64,000 nt of DNA, taken from a virus. Each line of letters begins with the position of its first letter. Positions within the stretch are counted from its first letter, which is position 1. Made by a program: the position numbers and the translations under genes. This document shows, one piece after another, positions 29,138-38,012 of the stretch. The notes below the pieces were generated by a model, which saw only the letters and a program-made list of their open reading frames with translations, was not told the DNA's origin and searched no databases. The DNA is taken from positions 1 to 64,000 of IMG/VR virus record IMGVR_UViG_3300002835_006866, one strand, 5' to 3'.

Positions 29138-30132
29138 ATATGTCTTTTTCTAAGACGCCTTATAGACTTTCTTTATTTGGAGGAGGCACGGATTACCCCG
29201 CTTGGTTTGAAAACAATCCTTGCAAAGTAATTTCAGCTTCAATGGCAAACTATAGTTATGTTCATGTCAAAGAATTGCCACCATTTTTTGAGCATAAGAT
29301 TTCAGTATCATATTCGAAAGTTGAACGAGTAAATTCCGTTGAAGAAATTGAACACCCTTCTGTACGAGCATGCCTTCAATATATGGACATAAAAGAAGGT
29401 GTGGTTATATCTTATGATGGAGATTTACCAGCAAGATCGGGGATAGGTTCAAGTTCATCTTTTACTGTGGGTCTTTTAAATGCTTTGTATAACTTTAAAG
29501 GTAAGTATGTTTCTCTAGAAGAGTTATCGAGACAGGCGATTTATATTGAGCAAGAAATGATCGGCGAAAATGTTGGTATTCAAGATCAAATTATGGCGGC
29601 TCATGGTGGTATAAGATTGATTGAAATGGGTCCAGGAAGAAATTGGAATTCTTATCCTTTATTTCTATCTCCTAACTATATGAAAGAATTAGAATCACAT
29701 ATCATGTTAGGGTTTTCAGGATTAAGTAGATATGCTGAAGTGCAATCTAAAAAACAGGTTGAAAACATCAAACAAAAAAATACCGATTTTTATTTGAAGT
29801 CTATGTCAGAACTAACCGAACATGCTCTTGAAGCTTTAATGGCAGGTAATGGAATGAACAAGATTGGTAATTTGTTAGATGCTGGTTGGAGATTAAAAAG
29901 AAACTTATCAGATAGTGTTACTGACAAGTGGATAGATAAGATATACAACAAAGCAATTAGCCTTGGCTCTCTTGGTGGAAAACTAATGGGTGCTGGCGGC
30001 GGTGGTTTTTTCTTATTTTTGGTTCCGCCAAATAGGCAAAAAGAATTTAAAGAACAGCTAGACGAAATAAAAGTTTGGGTTCCATTTAAATTCGATAAAG
30101 ATGGAAGTCACATAATTCATTTTTCAGATTGA
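29134..30132 (+). CDS. GHMP sugar kinase, HddA (heptose-7-phosphate 1-kinase)-like
   Basis: TPYRLSLFGGGTD, LPARSGIGSSS, G.QDQ, GGKLMGAGGGGF. Confidence 0.88.
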   Translation: MNMSFSKTPYRLSLFGGGTDYPAWFENNPCKVISASMANYSYVHVKELPPFFEHKISVSYSKVERVNSVEEIEHPSVRACLQYMDIKEGVVISYDGDLPARSGIGSSSSFTVGLLNALYNFKGKYVSLEELSRQAIYIEQEMIGENVGIQDQIMAAHGGIRLIEMGPGRNWNSYPLFLSPNYMKELESHIMLGFSGLSRYAEVQSKKQVENIKQKNTDFYLKSMSELTEHALEALMAGNGMNKIGNLLDAGWRLKRNLSDSVTDKWIDKIYNKAISLGSLGGKLMGAGGGGFFLFLVPPNRQKEFKEQLDEIKVWVPFKFDKDGSHIIHFSD

Positions 30133-30139
30133 GGTCGTT

Positions 30140-31303
30140 ATGAAATATCCTTTGATGCGTAACAATATTCTTAGAGAAGATTTAGATGCCATGATTGAGC
30201 ATCTAAAACAAGATGATCCTATTTTAACAAATGGGCCAAATTGCAGGAAGTTTGAAGAAGAATGGTCTGAGTGGTTGGGTGTGAAGTATTCCGTATTTGT
30301 AAATTCTGGTGCATCAGCAAATTTACTTTCAATGACTGCACTTAAAATTATGCACCCATATGGAGGCGAGGTCATTGTTCCGCCTTTAACATGGATATCC
30401 GATGTTGCTTCAGTGATTCAATGTGGTTTCAAACCTGTGTTTGTAGATATTGATCTGAATACTTTAGGTATGAACACAGATAAAATTATCGCTGCAATTA
30501 CTCCACAAACAAAAGCAGTTTTTCTTTCCCACATTCAAGGGTATAATGCAATCACAGATAAACTTATATACGAATTAGAAAAAAGAAATATACCTTTAAT
30601 TGAAGATGTATGTGAATCTCATGGTGCTACGTACAAAGGTAAAAAATGTGGAAGTATTGGTTGGATGTCCAACTTTTCTTTCTACTATGCTCACCATATG
30701 ACTACGATTGAAGGTGGCATGATTAGCACCAATGACAAGAATCTTTACCATACACTTAGAATGTTGAGGTCACATGGTATGGTTCGTGAGTGTGATAGCC
30801 AAGAACTAAAACAAAACTATATTGAAAACAATTTTGATTTAAATCCAGATTTTATATTTTCTTATGCAGCATACAACATGAGAAACAATGAACTTGGTGG
30901 AATACTTGGTCGAAAGCAGTTGCCAAGGTTGGATGAAAATGTTAAAGTTAGAAACTACAATAACCATAGGTTGCTAAGTAAACTCAACGATAACTATTTC
31001 ACAGAGTTTAATTTAGAAGGTCAAAGTAATTATGCCTTCAACATCGTTTTGAAAAATAAAGATGATGATTTTATGAATAGATTGTCAACAAAACTACGTG
31101 AAAGTGGAGTTGAATTTAGAAGAGGTTCTGCTGGTGGTGGAAATCAATTAAGACAACCTTATTTAAAAGATGTTGTGAATGTCGATCTAAAAGATTTTCC
31201 AAATACCGAACATGTTCACTTTTATGGTCTGTACATTGGTAATTTTCCAACAATGGAAAAACAAGAAGTGGATGAAATCGTAAACATTTTAAACGGAGTA
31301 TAG
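30140..31303 (+). CDS. DegT-fold PLP/PMP enzyme, ColD-like NDP-4-keto-6-deoxysugar 3-dehydratase
   Basis: NSGASANLL, EDVCESHGA, SFYYAHHMTTIEGG with His where aminotransferases have the Schiff-base Lys. Confidence 0.8.
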   Translation: MKYPLMRNNILREDLDAMIEHLKQDDPILTNGPNCRKFEEEWSEWLGVKYSVFVNSGASANLLSMTALKIMHPYGGEVIVPPLTWISDVASVIQCGFKPVFVDIDLNTLGMNTDKIIAAITPQTKAVFLSHIQGYNAITDKLIYELEKRNIPLIEDVCESHGATYKGKKCGSIGWMSNFSFYYAHHMTTIEGGMISTNDKNLYHTLRMLRSHGMVRECDSQELKQNYIENNFDLNPDFIFSYAAYNMRNNELGGILGRKQLPRLDENVKVRNYNNHRLLSKLNDNYFTEFNLEGQSNYAFNIVLKNKDDDFMNRLSTKLRESGVEFRRGSAGGGNQLRQPYLKDVVNVDLKDFPNTEHVHFYGLYIGNFPTMEKQEVDEIVNILNGV

Positions 31304-31304
31304 T

Positions 31305-32246
31305 ATGGGAAATTTGAGAGTTCTAGTAACTGGTGGAGCTGGTTACATTGGTTGTATTTTGGTGGAATATCTACTACAAGTAGGTTATAGAGTTACCGTT
31401 ATTGACAACTTTATGTTTCGCCAAACGGGTCTAAATCATTTGTGTGAAAATAAAGACTTGACGATTGTAAATGGAGATATTCGTAATCCTTTACACATGG
31501 CACCATTACTAAAAGAAGCAGACATTATTATTCCTTTGGCTGCCTTGGTTGGTGCACCACTTTGTAATAAAGATGTTGTTGGTGCAGATACAACAAACAA
31601 AGATGCTGTATTTTGGATGCTAAATAATATTTCAAAAGAACAACGCATCATTATGCCTACTACAAATTCGGCATATGGTACAGGTGACGAAAACAATTTC
31701 TGTACAGAAGAATCTCCGTTACGACCAATTTCAAAATATGCGGTTGATAAGGTCGCTGTTGAAAAAGTTTTGATGGAACGGGAAAACTCCATCAGTTATA
31801 GATTGGCTACTGTATTTGGTATGTCACCACGTATGCGTACTGATTTGTTAGTAAACGATTTAACTTACCGTGCTGTTAATGATGGTTATGTCGTTATCTT
31901 TGAAGGACACTTTAAACGAAATTATATTCATGTTCGTGACGTTTGTGAGGCATTTCTACATGCTATCTACCAGTTTGAAGAAATGAAAGGTAACGTATAC
32001 AATGTTGGTCTTTCGTCTGCGAATGTTTCTAAGTTGGAGTTATGTGAAATAATTAAGAAACAACTACCAAACTTTACGATTGTAGAAGGCGATATCAAAA
32101 AGGATCCAGATCAAAGAAACTACATTGTATCTAATGCAAAATTAGAAGCAACTGGTTGGATGCCTTATTATACCATTGATAATGGTGTTGAAGAACTTAT
32201 CAAAGGTTACACTTATCTCAAAAATAATATCTATGGTAATGTTTGA
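31305..32246 (+). CDS. NAD-dependent epimerase/dehydratase (extended SDR)
   Basis: VTGGAGYIG, YAVDK (YxxxK), RLATVFG.SPRMR.DL, HVRD. Confidence 0.9.
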   Translation: MGNLRVLVTGGAGYIGCILVEYLLQVGYRVTVIDNFMFRQTGLNHLCENKDLTIVNGDIRNPLHMAPLLKEADIIIPLAALVGAPLCNKDVVGADTTNKDAVFWMLNNISKEQRIIMPTTNSAYGTGDENNFCTEESPLRPISKYAVDKVAVEKVLMERENSISYRLATVFGMSPRMRTDLLVNDLTYRAVNDGYVVIFEGHFKRNYIHVRDVCEAFLHAIYQFEEMKGNVYNVGLSSANVSKLELCEIIKKQLPNFTIVEGDIKKDPDQRNYIVSNAKLEATGWMPYYTIDNGVEELIKGYTYLKNNIYGNV

Positions 32247-32647
32247 TGGAGTATAATGAAAAGAACTTAAATCTGGTATCGGGTATAATTATGAAACACC
32301 TGACGCCAGATTTACTTCCTAAAAAATGGATTGAAAGAAACAAAACCAACCCAACATTTGGTCATTGTCACACGGCATCAGCCTGCTTACAGAAAATATT
32401 TGGTACTAAGAATTTAAAACTGTACCATGGATTGGATGAAGAAGGTATTTGGCATTGGTGGGTGATTGACCTAAATCAAAAATTGATTGATCTTACCTCA
32501 GACCAATACTACTCGCTAAATAAAATACCACCATACAATGTTGGTAAAAAGGCTTCAATGTTGGGGTTTGAATACAGGAAAAGGGTTTTAAGGTTATTGG
32601 ATAAGGTTAAGGAAGAGTTGTCATTAAACGGGACACCGCCATCATAG
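32246..32647 (+). CDS. YunG-like hypothetical protein (Cys-His-Asp motifs)
   Basis: NP..GHC..AS...Q.IFG, HWW, IDLT.DQY. Confidence 0.5.
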   Translation: MEYNEKNLNLVSGIIMKHLTPDLLPKKWIERNKTNPTFGHCHTASACLQKIFGTKNLKLYHGLDEEGIWHWWVIDLNQKLIDLTSDQYYSLNKIPPYNVGKKASMLGFEYRKRVLRLLDKVKEELSLNGTPPS

Positions 32648-32669
32648 ATGTTGTCAAGAGCAAAGTCAA
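32641..32669 (-). promoter_or_regulatory. Antisense sigma70-type promoter
   Basis: Minus strand reads TTGACT-N17-TATGAT. Confidence 0.55.
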
Positions 32670-32688
32670 GCAAATTTATAGGTAAAGA

Positions 32689-33288
32689 ATGAAACATAAA
32701 GATATTTTCCAAGAACAAGGATATGTGTTCGTCAAAAATTTTATTGATCCTGCTGTAGCAGATTACCTTTTTGAGTATCTAAGGTTTTCTACACATGCTA
32801 TTGTATTATCAGGACAAAGTAAAGTAGCAATACAGGGAGATGAACAAGTTCCCGGTTCTTATGGTTCCCGACATGGTGATATGGCTTTTGATTCTTTAAT
32901 GAAGCATATGCGGCCAAGAATGGAAGAAGTTACGGGCCTAGAGTTGTATCCTACCTATACTTACACTCGACTATACAAACCAGGTAACGAGCTTAAAAAA
33001 CATACTGATAGGCCATCATGTGAAATCTCCTGTACATTGAAGCTTGGTGATACAGGAGAATATAATTGGCCTATTTGGATGAAAGATGCCGAATATAAGC
33101 TTGACAAAGGCGATGCAGTAGTGTACCGTGGTTGTGATTTGGAACATTGGCGAGAGGTGTGTGAAGGACCTCCTGAATATAGAATGGGTCAAGTATTCAT
33201 GCACTATGTCGATAAAAATGGACCATATCCTGATTACAAATATGATAGAAGAACAGCAATGGCAAAGTTATTTGAAAAAGACCTATGA
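32689..33288 (+). CDS. 2OG-Fe(II) oxygenase-like protein
   Basis: TY.R.Y..G..L.KHTDRPSCEIS, HWRE, QVF.HYV. Confidence 0.8.
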   Translation: MKHKDIFQEQGYVFVKNFIDPAVADYLFEYLRFSTHAIVLSGQSKVAIQGDEQVPGSYGSRHGDMAFDSLMKHMRPRMEEVTGLELYPTYTYTRLYKPGNELKKHTDRPSCEISCTLKLGDTGEYNWPIWMKDAEYKLDKGDAVVYRGCDLEHWREVCEGPPEYRMGQVFMHYVDKNGPYPDYKYDRRTAMAKLFEKDL

Positions 33289-33824
33289 CCACTAAAAAAA
33301 CAAAACACTATATCAACAACTCGGATTTTTTGGCAGCGTTGATTGAATACCAAAAACAATGTGACATTGCCAAAAAAGAAAAGAAAAACGATCCGCCTAT
33401 ACCGAATTATCTAGGTGAATGTTTCTTGAAAATTGCGGAACACTTATCAAGAAAACCAAACTTCATTTCTTATTCTTTCCGTGATGAGATGATTGCCGAT
33501 GGTATAGAAAATTGTTTAATGTATTTTCGTAACTTTGACCCGGTAAAGAGTAACAATCCATTTGCATATTTTACTCAAATCATATATTATGCTTTCTTAC
33601 GTCGAATTCAAAAAGAGAAAAAACAATTATATGTAAAGTATAAGGCAACTGAACAAATTGGTATTCTAGATGAGTTCGAAATGTTTGAAGATGCCGATGG
33701 ACACCAAAAACAATTTCAACTCTATGATAACATATCGGAGTTTATTCAGACGTTCGAGGAAAACAAACGTAAGAAAAAAGAAAACAAAACAAAAGGTCTA
33801 GAAAAATTTATTGATGAAATATGA
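33285..33824 (+). CDS. gp55: Late transcription sigma factor gp55
   Basis: HYINN..FL, NF..YSFRDEMI.DGIENC, NPFAYFTQI.Y.AFLRRI.KEK. Confidence 0.95.
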   Translation: MTTKKTKHYINNSDFLAALIEYQKQCDIAKKEKKNDPPIPNYLGECFLKIAEHLSRKPNFISYSFRDEMIADGIENCLMYFRNFDPVKSNNPFAYFTQIIYYAFLRRIQKEKKQLYVKYKATEQIGILDEFEMFEDADGHQKQFQLYDNISEFIQTFEENKRKKKENKTKGLEKFIDEI

Positions 33825-33843
33825 AAAAAGGCAATAAAATATT

Positions 33844-34917
33844 ATGAAATTATGTGTTCTCGGAGACACCCATTTTGGAGCTCGAGGTGATTCTTTAGAA
33901 TTTCACAAATACTTCCAAAAGTTTTATGATGAAGTATTTTTTCCATACCTTATCGAAAATGATATCAACTGTGTGGTACAACTAGGCGATTTGTTTGATC
34001 GCCGAAAGTTTATCAATTTCAATACACTACATCTATGCCGTCAATACTTTTTTGACCGATGCCAGACTTTAGGTATTAAAGTACACACACTTCTTGGTAA
34101 TCATGACATAGCATTTAAAAACACACTTGAGGTAAATTCAACAGGCTTGTTGTTGAACGAGTATGAAAATCTCGAATACTATGATGATTTTGATACATTA
34201 GAATTTGATGGTGTTTCTATTGATATTGTTCCTTGGATTTGTCCAGATAATGAGAATGAAATTTTTGAAAAAATAAAAAACAGTAAATCACAAATTTGTT
34301 TTGGTCATTTTGAGATAGATGGTTTTGAAATGGATCGAGGCAATGTTCATCAAGGTGGCCTTGACAGGAAAGCATTATCAAAGTATGATGTGGTGTTAAG
34401 TGGACACTTTCACCATAAATCTTCATCAGATAATATTACCTATGTTGGTACGCCATACGAAATGACATGGGCAGATTATAATGATCCAAAAGGATTTCAT
34501 ATCTTTGATACTGAAACAAGATCACTAGAATTCGTTGAAAACAAAAATCGAATGTTTTACAAACTAAACTACAAAGATGGTTTAGAACATTTTTCTGAAA
34601 ATTATAAATCATTCGATTATTCTATCTATGAAGGTTGTTACGTTAAAGTCATAGTGATAGAGAAGATGAATCCTTTTTTATTTGATATTGTTATAGATAA
34701 GATTTATAAAGCAGGCGCTTGTGATGTTTCAATCGTCGAAGATTTTACCGAAGTAATTGCTGATGATGATAAAGACATTGTTGACCAAGCTGAAGATACA
34801 ATGACAATCTTGTCCAAATATATTGACAATTTGCAGTTGCAAGTTGAATCGGATAAACTCAAGAATTTAATGAGAGAACTTTATGTGGAATCTCTCACGC
34901 TAGAAAAGGTAGAATGA
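33844..34917 (+). CDS. gp47: Recombination nuclease gp47 (Mre11-like)
   Basis: GDTHFG, GDLFDRRK, GNHD, GHFE, SGHFH. Confidence 0.95.
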   Translation: MKLCVLGDTHFGARGDSLEFHKYFQKFYDEVFFPYLIENDINCVVQLGDLFDRRKFINFNTLHLCRQYFFDRCQTLGIKVHTLLGNHDIAFKNTLEVNSTGLLLNEYENLEYYDDFDTLEFDGVSIDIVPWICPDNENEIFEKIKNSKSQICFGHFEIDGFEMDRGNVHQGGLDRKALSKYDVVLSGHFHHKSSSDNITYVGTPYEMTWADYNDPKGFHIFDTETRSLEFVENKNRMFYKLNYKDGLEHFSENYKSFDYSIYEGCYVKVIVIEKMNPFLFDIVIDKIYKAGACDVSIVEDFTEVIADDDKDIVDQAEDTMTILSKYIDNLQLQVESDKLKNLMRELYVESLTLEKVE

Positions 34918-35546
34918 TGTACAAGACAATCTATAATAATCCTGATGAAAGACGTAGAATTACTTACACTTGGTGTTATTGGGATAATGCTTTTACAAAA
35001 GAAGAATTGGACAAAATGTGCCAGTTTTTTACCTCAAACGGTGTTGAAAGGGGTACAACAGTAGGTGAACACACTAAACAATTGGTCAATGAAGATGTTC
35101 GTGTTTCAAATGTAAAGTTTTATAATTATGGTGAAAACACTGCTTGGATTTTTGAAAGAATTAATTGGGTCATCGAGAGTATCAATGAAAGATTCTTTAA
35201 TTACAATCTAAACGGATATGAATCTTTTCAGTACACTGAATATGAAGGTGATGAATTAGGTAAATACGATTTTCATCAAGATATGATTAATGGCAAAAAC
35301 ATGCCAGAAAATATGGATGAAACTAGAAAGTTATCCATGTCGCTGTTGTTAAACGAGCCTGGTGTAGACTTCGAGGGTGGAGAATTTCAAATAAATTCTG
35401 GCCAAGAATCTAATGCTGAAACTGTTGATTTGACCCGTGGTCGAATGATTTTCTTTCCTTCTTATGCCATACACAGAGTTGCTCCGGTGACAAAAGGCCG
35501 TAGAAAGTCTCTTGTTGTCTGGATTACTGGACCTAAATTTAAATAA
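34914..35546 (+). CDS. 2OG-Fe(II) oxygenase (prolyl hydroxylase/PKHD-like)
   Basis: FQYTEY, FHQD, RKLS.S, FEGGEF, FPS..HRV.PVTKG.RKSLV.W. Confidence 0.88.
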   Translation: MMYKTIYNNPDERRRITYTWCYWDNAFTKEELDKMCQFFTSNGVERGTTVGEHTKQLVNEDVRVSNVKFYNYGENTAWIFERINWVIESINERFFNYNLNGYESFQYTEYEGDELGKYDFHQDMINGKNMPENMDETRKLSMSLLLNEPGVDFEGGEFQINSGQESNAETVDLTRGRMIFFPSYAIHRVAPVTKGRRKSLVVWITGPKFK

Positions 35547-37252
35547 TGATTGTTTTTCGTAATGTAAGATGGCGAAATCTCTTAAGCACAGGCAATACGT
35601 TTACAGAGGTTAAGTTAAACGCCAACACAAACACACTTATTGTTGGAGAAAATGGCTCAGGTAAAAGCACAATGCTAGACGCTTTGTGCTTTGGTTTATT
35701 TGGTAAAGCGTTTCGCAATATCAATAAACCTCAGCTTGTAAATTCAATTAACGGTAAAGAATGTGTTGTAGAAGTGGAGTTTGATGTTGGTAATAAGTCA
35801 TTCAAGATAATTCGTGGTATAAAACCAAGTGTATTTGAAATCTATCAGAATGGCGAACTGTTAAATCAAGATGCAGCTTCTAGAGACTATCAAGAATACT
35901 TAGAAAAGTTTATTCTCAAGCTAAACTACAAGTCTTTTACACAGATTGTAATTCTTGGTTCAGCATCTTTTACTCCTTTCATGCAGTTATCTGCTGCTGA
36001 CCGTCGAGCCATTATTGAAGATTTGTTAGACATTCAAATCTTCTCAGTAATGAATAGTTTGGTAAAGAGTAAACTATCATCAAACAAAGATGAAATGGTT
36101 CAAAAGAAAAATGAGATTGAACTACTTAAACAGAAATATGATCTGAAGAAAGAACATCTAGATAAACTCAATCAGAATAACGAAGAGAAGGTAAAAGAGT
36201 ATGATGGTGAGATACAGAGTAATAGAGAAACCATTGGCACATTATCTGACGAGATTGACATATTGGTCGAACGACTGTCCAGTTTGGATGACACTGTTGC
36301 AAAAGCGCCTGAGATTGAGAACAAGATTGCTTCGTACAAGAAAGTTGAGTCTCAGATTGAAAGCAAGATATCCAAAGTTCGAAATGATACACAGTTCTAT
36401 GAACACAATGCTGATTGTCCAACTTGTAGGCAAGCCATTACCGTGGAGTTTAAAGAAACACTATGCTCTGAACTCTCATCGAAAGAGCATGAACTCAATG
36501 AGGCTCTCAAAGAATTACAAGCTAAGATAACGGCACATGAATCAATACTGAAGGTTGTTCGTAATGATGAAAAAGAAAGATCGAATGTTCGTATTGAATT
36601 GGCCACAACACAAACACTTATAAAAGGCTATAACGAAAACATCATTCGCCTTGAAAAAGAAATCAAAAATTTACAAACAAATAATGACAGTGTAGACCAG
36701 AGTGAACTTGTAAATCTACAAAATGAAATTAAAGAAACGCAATCTGAATTAAGGCAGTTACTTACTGATAAAACATACTATGATGCTGCATCTTTGTTAC
36801 TCAAAGATACTGGTATTAAAACTAAAATTATTAAACAGTATTTGCCAATTATCAATAAATTGGTAAACAAATACCTATCGTCGTTAAACTTTTTTGTGAA
36901 CTTTAATTTAGATGAATCTTTTAAAGAAACTATCAAGTCTCGCCATCGTGACGATTTTAGTTATCACAATTTTTCAGAAGGTGAAAAACAAAGAATTGAT
37001 ATGGCATTGATGTTGACTTGGCGTGCTGTGGCTAAGTTAAAGAATTCCGCAAATACAAATTTGTTGATACTTGATGAAACATTTGATTCTAGTTTAGATG
37101 TTGGTGGCACAGAAGAGTTGATGAAGATTCTTCACATGCTAGAGGGTGTAAATTTGTTTGTTATCAGCCACAAAGGTGATATCTTACAAGATAAATTTAT
37201 CACAGCTATTCGTTTTGCAAAAGAAAAAAACTTCTCAAAGGTGATGAGATGA
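35546..37252 (+). CDS. gp46: Recombination ATPase gp46 (Rad50-like)
   Basis: GENGSGKST, CPTC zinc hook, FSEGEK signature, LILDE, ISH. Confidence 0.96.
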   Translation: MIVFRNVRWRNLLSTGNTFTEVKLNANTNTLIVGENGSGKSTMLDALCFGLFGKAFRNINKPQLVNSINGKECVVEVEFDVGNKSFKIIRGIKPSVFEIYQNGELLNQDAASRDYQEYLEKFILKLNYKSFTQIVILGSASFTPFMQLSAADRRAIIEDLLDIQIFSVMNSLVKSKLSSNKDEMVQKKNEIELLKQKYDLKKEHLDKLNQNNEEKVKEYDGEIQSNRETIGTLSDEIDILVERLSSLDDTVAKAPEIENKIASYKKVESQIESKISKVRNDTQFYEHNADCPTCRQAITVEFKETLCSELSSKEHELNEALKELQAKITAHESILKVVRNDEKERSNVRIELATTQTLIKGYNENIIRLEKEIKNLQTNNDSVDQSELVNLQNEIKETQSELRQLLTDKTYYDAASLLLKDTGIKTKIIKQYLPIINKLVNKYLSSLNFFVNFNLDESFKETIKSRHRDDFSYHNFSEGEKQRIDMALMLTWRAVAKLKNSANTNLLILDETFDSSLDVGGTEELMKILHMLEGVNLFVISHKGDILQDKFITAIRFAKEKNFSKVMR

Positions 37253-37425
37253 AATTGATAAGTGAATATATGAGTGAGAATGGCGAAAGGACTGCCAAGG
37301 TCTATGTGAACGAAGAAGAAAAGAAATTCGTAGTTTCATTTAAAGATGTTTTTGGAGTACACTATACATCCAAATTTACTAAACTACAATCAGCAGAAGA
37401 TTCTGCGGAGGATTATGTGCTATGA
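37249..37425 (+). CDS. Small hypothetical protein (58 aa, below ORF-track cutoff)
   Basis: ATGA overlap with gp46 and with def; MKLISEYMSENGERTAKV...SAEDSAEDYVL fills the gap exactly. Confidence 0.7.
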   Translation: MKLISEYMSENGERTAKVYVNEEEKKFVVSFKDVFGVHYTSKFTKLQSAEDSAEDYVL

Positions 37426-38012
37426 GTGATGATATTTTAAAGATTGATACATCCGTCAACTTGGGAAAAACAGAAGTAATTGAACCTTTACCAGTATACG
37501 ATGACAATTCTCCAATGTTAAGAATGGTAATGCCTGAGTATACAGACCCATTACCTTCACCAGCAATGAACAAGTTGATTAAACAACTTCATTTAACTCG
37601 ACAGAAGTATAAAGGCCTTGGTTTATCCGCTAATCAATGCGGCATAATGAAAAGAGTTTTTGTTATTGGTTATGAGGACATGGAACTTGCCTTTATTAAT
37701 CCAAAGGTAATCAATATGTCGGATGATTTGAAAAAAGAACCTGAAGGTTGCCTCTCTTACCCAGGTTTATTTCTTAAAATAAGCAGGCCTAGTTGGATTG
37801 AAGTAGAGTTTATCAATCAAAATGGTGAAACAAAAACTACTACACTGAGTGGTCTAACTGCCAGATGTTTCTTACATGAATTAGATCACATGAACGGTAT
37901 CAGATTTGTTGAACATGCAGGTTCATTAGCAATTAAAATGGCAAAGCAAAAACAACAAAAGATGCTTAAAAAGATAAAGAGAGCTGTGAAAAATAATGAG
38001 TTATCGATTTGA
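37422..38012 (+). CDS. def: Peptide deformylase
   Basis: GLSANQCG, EGCLS, HELDH: all three PDF motifs. Confidence 0.95.
   Translation: MSDDILKIDTSVNLGKTEVIEPLPVYDDNSPMLRMVMPEYTDPLPSPAMNKLIKQLHLTRQKYKGLGLSANQCGIMKRVFVIGYEDMELAFINPKVINMSDDLKKEPEGCLSYPGLFLKISRPSWIEVEFINQNGETKTTTLSGLTARCFLHELDHMNGIRFVEHAGSLAIKMAKQKQQKMLKKIKRAVKNNELSI

Noticed and set aside
36201-36530. Alternative-frame plus-strand ORFs inside gp46 (also 16574, 38063, 45542, 52776, 53957)
   Set aside because: Composition is what frame-shifted reading of Glu/Asp/Lys-rich sequence gives; no motifs. Overprinting cannot be fully excluded without ribosome profiling
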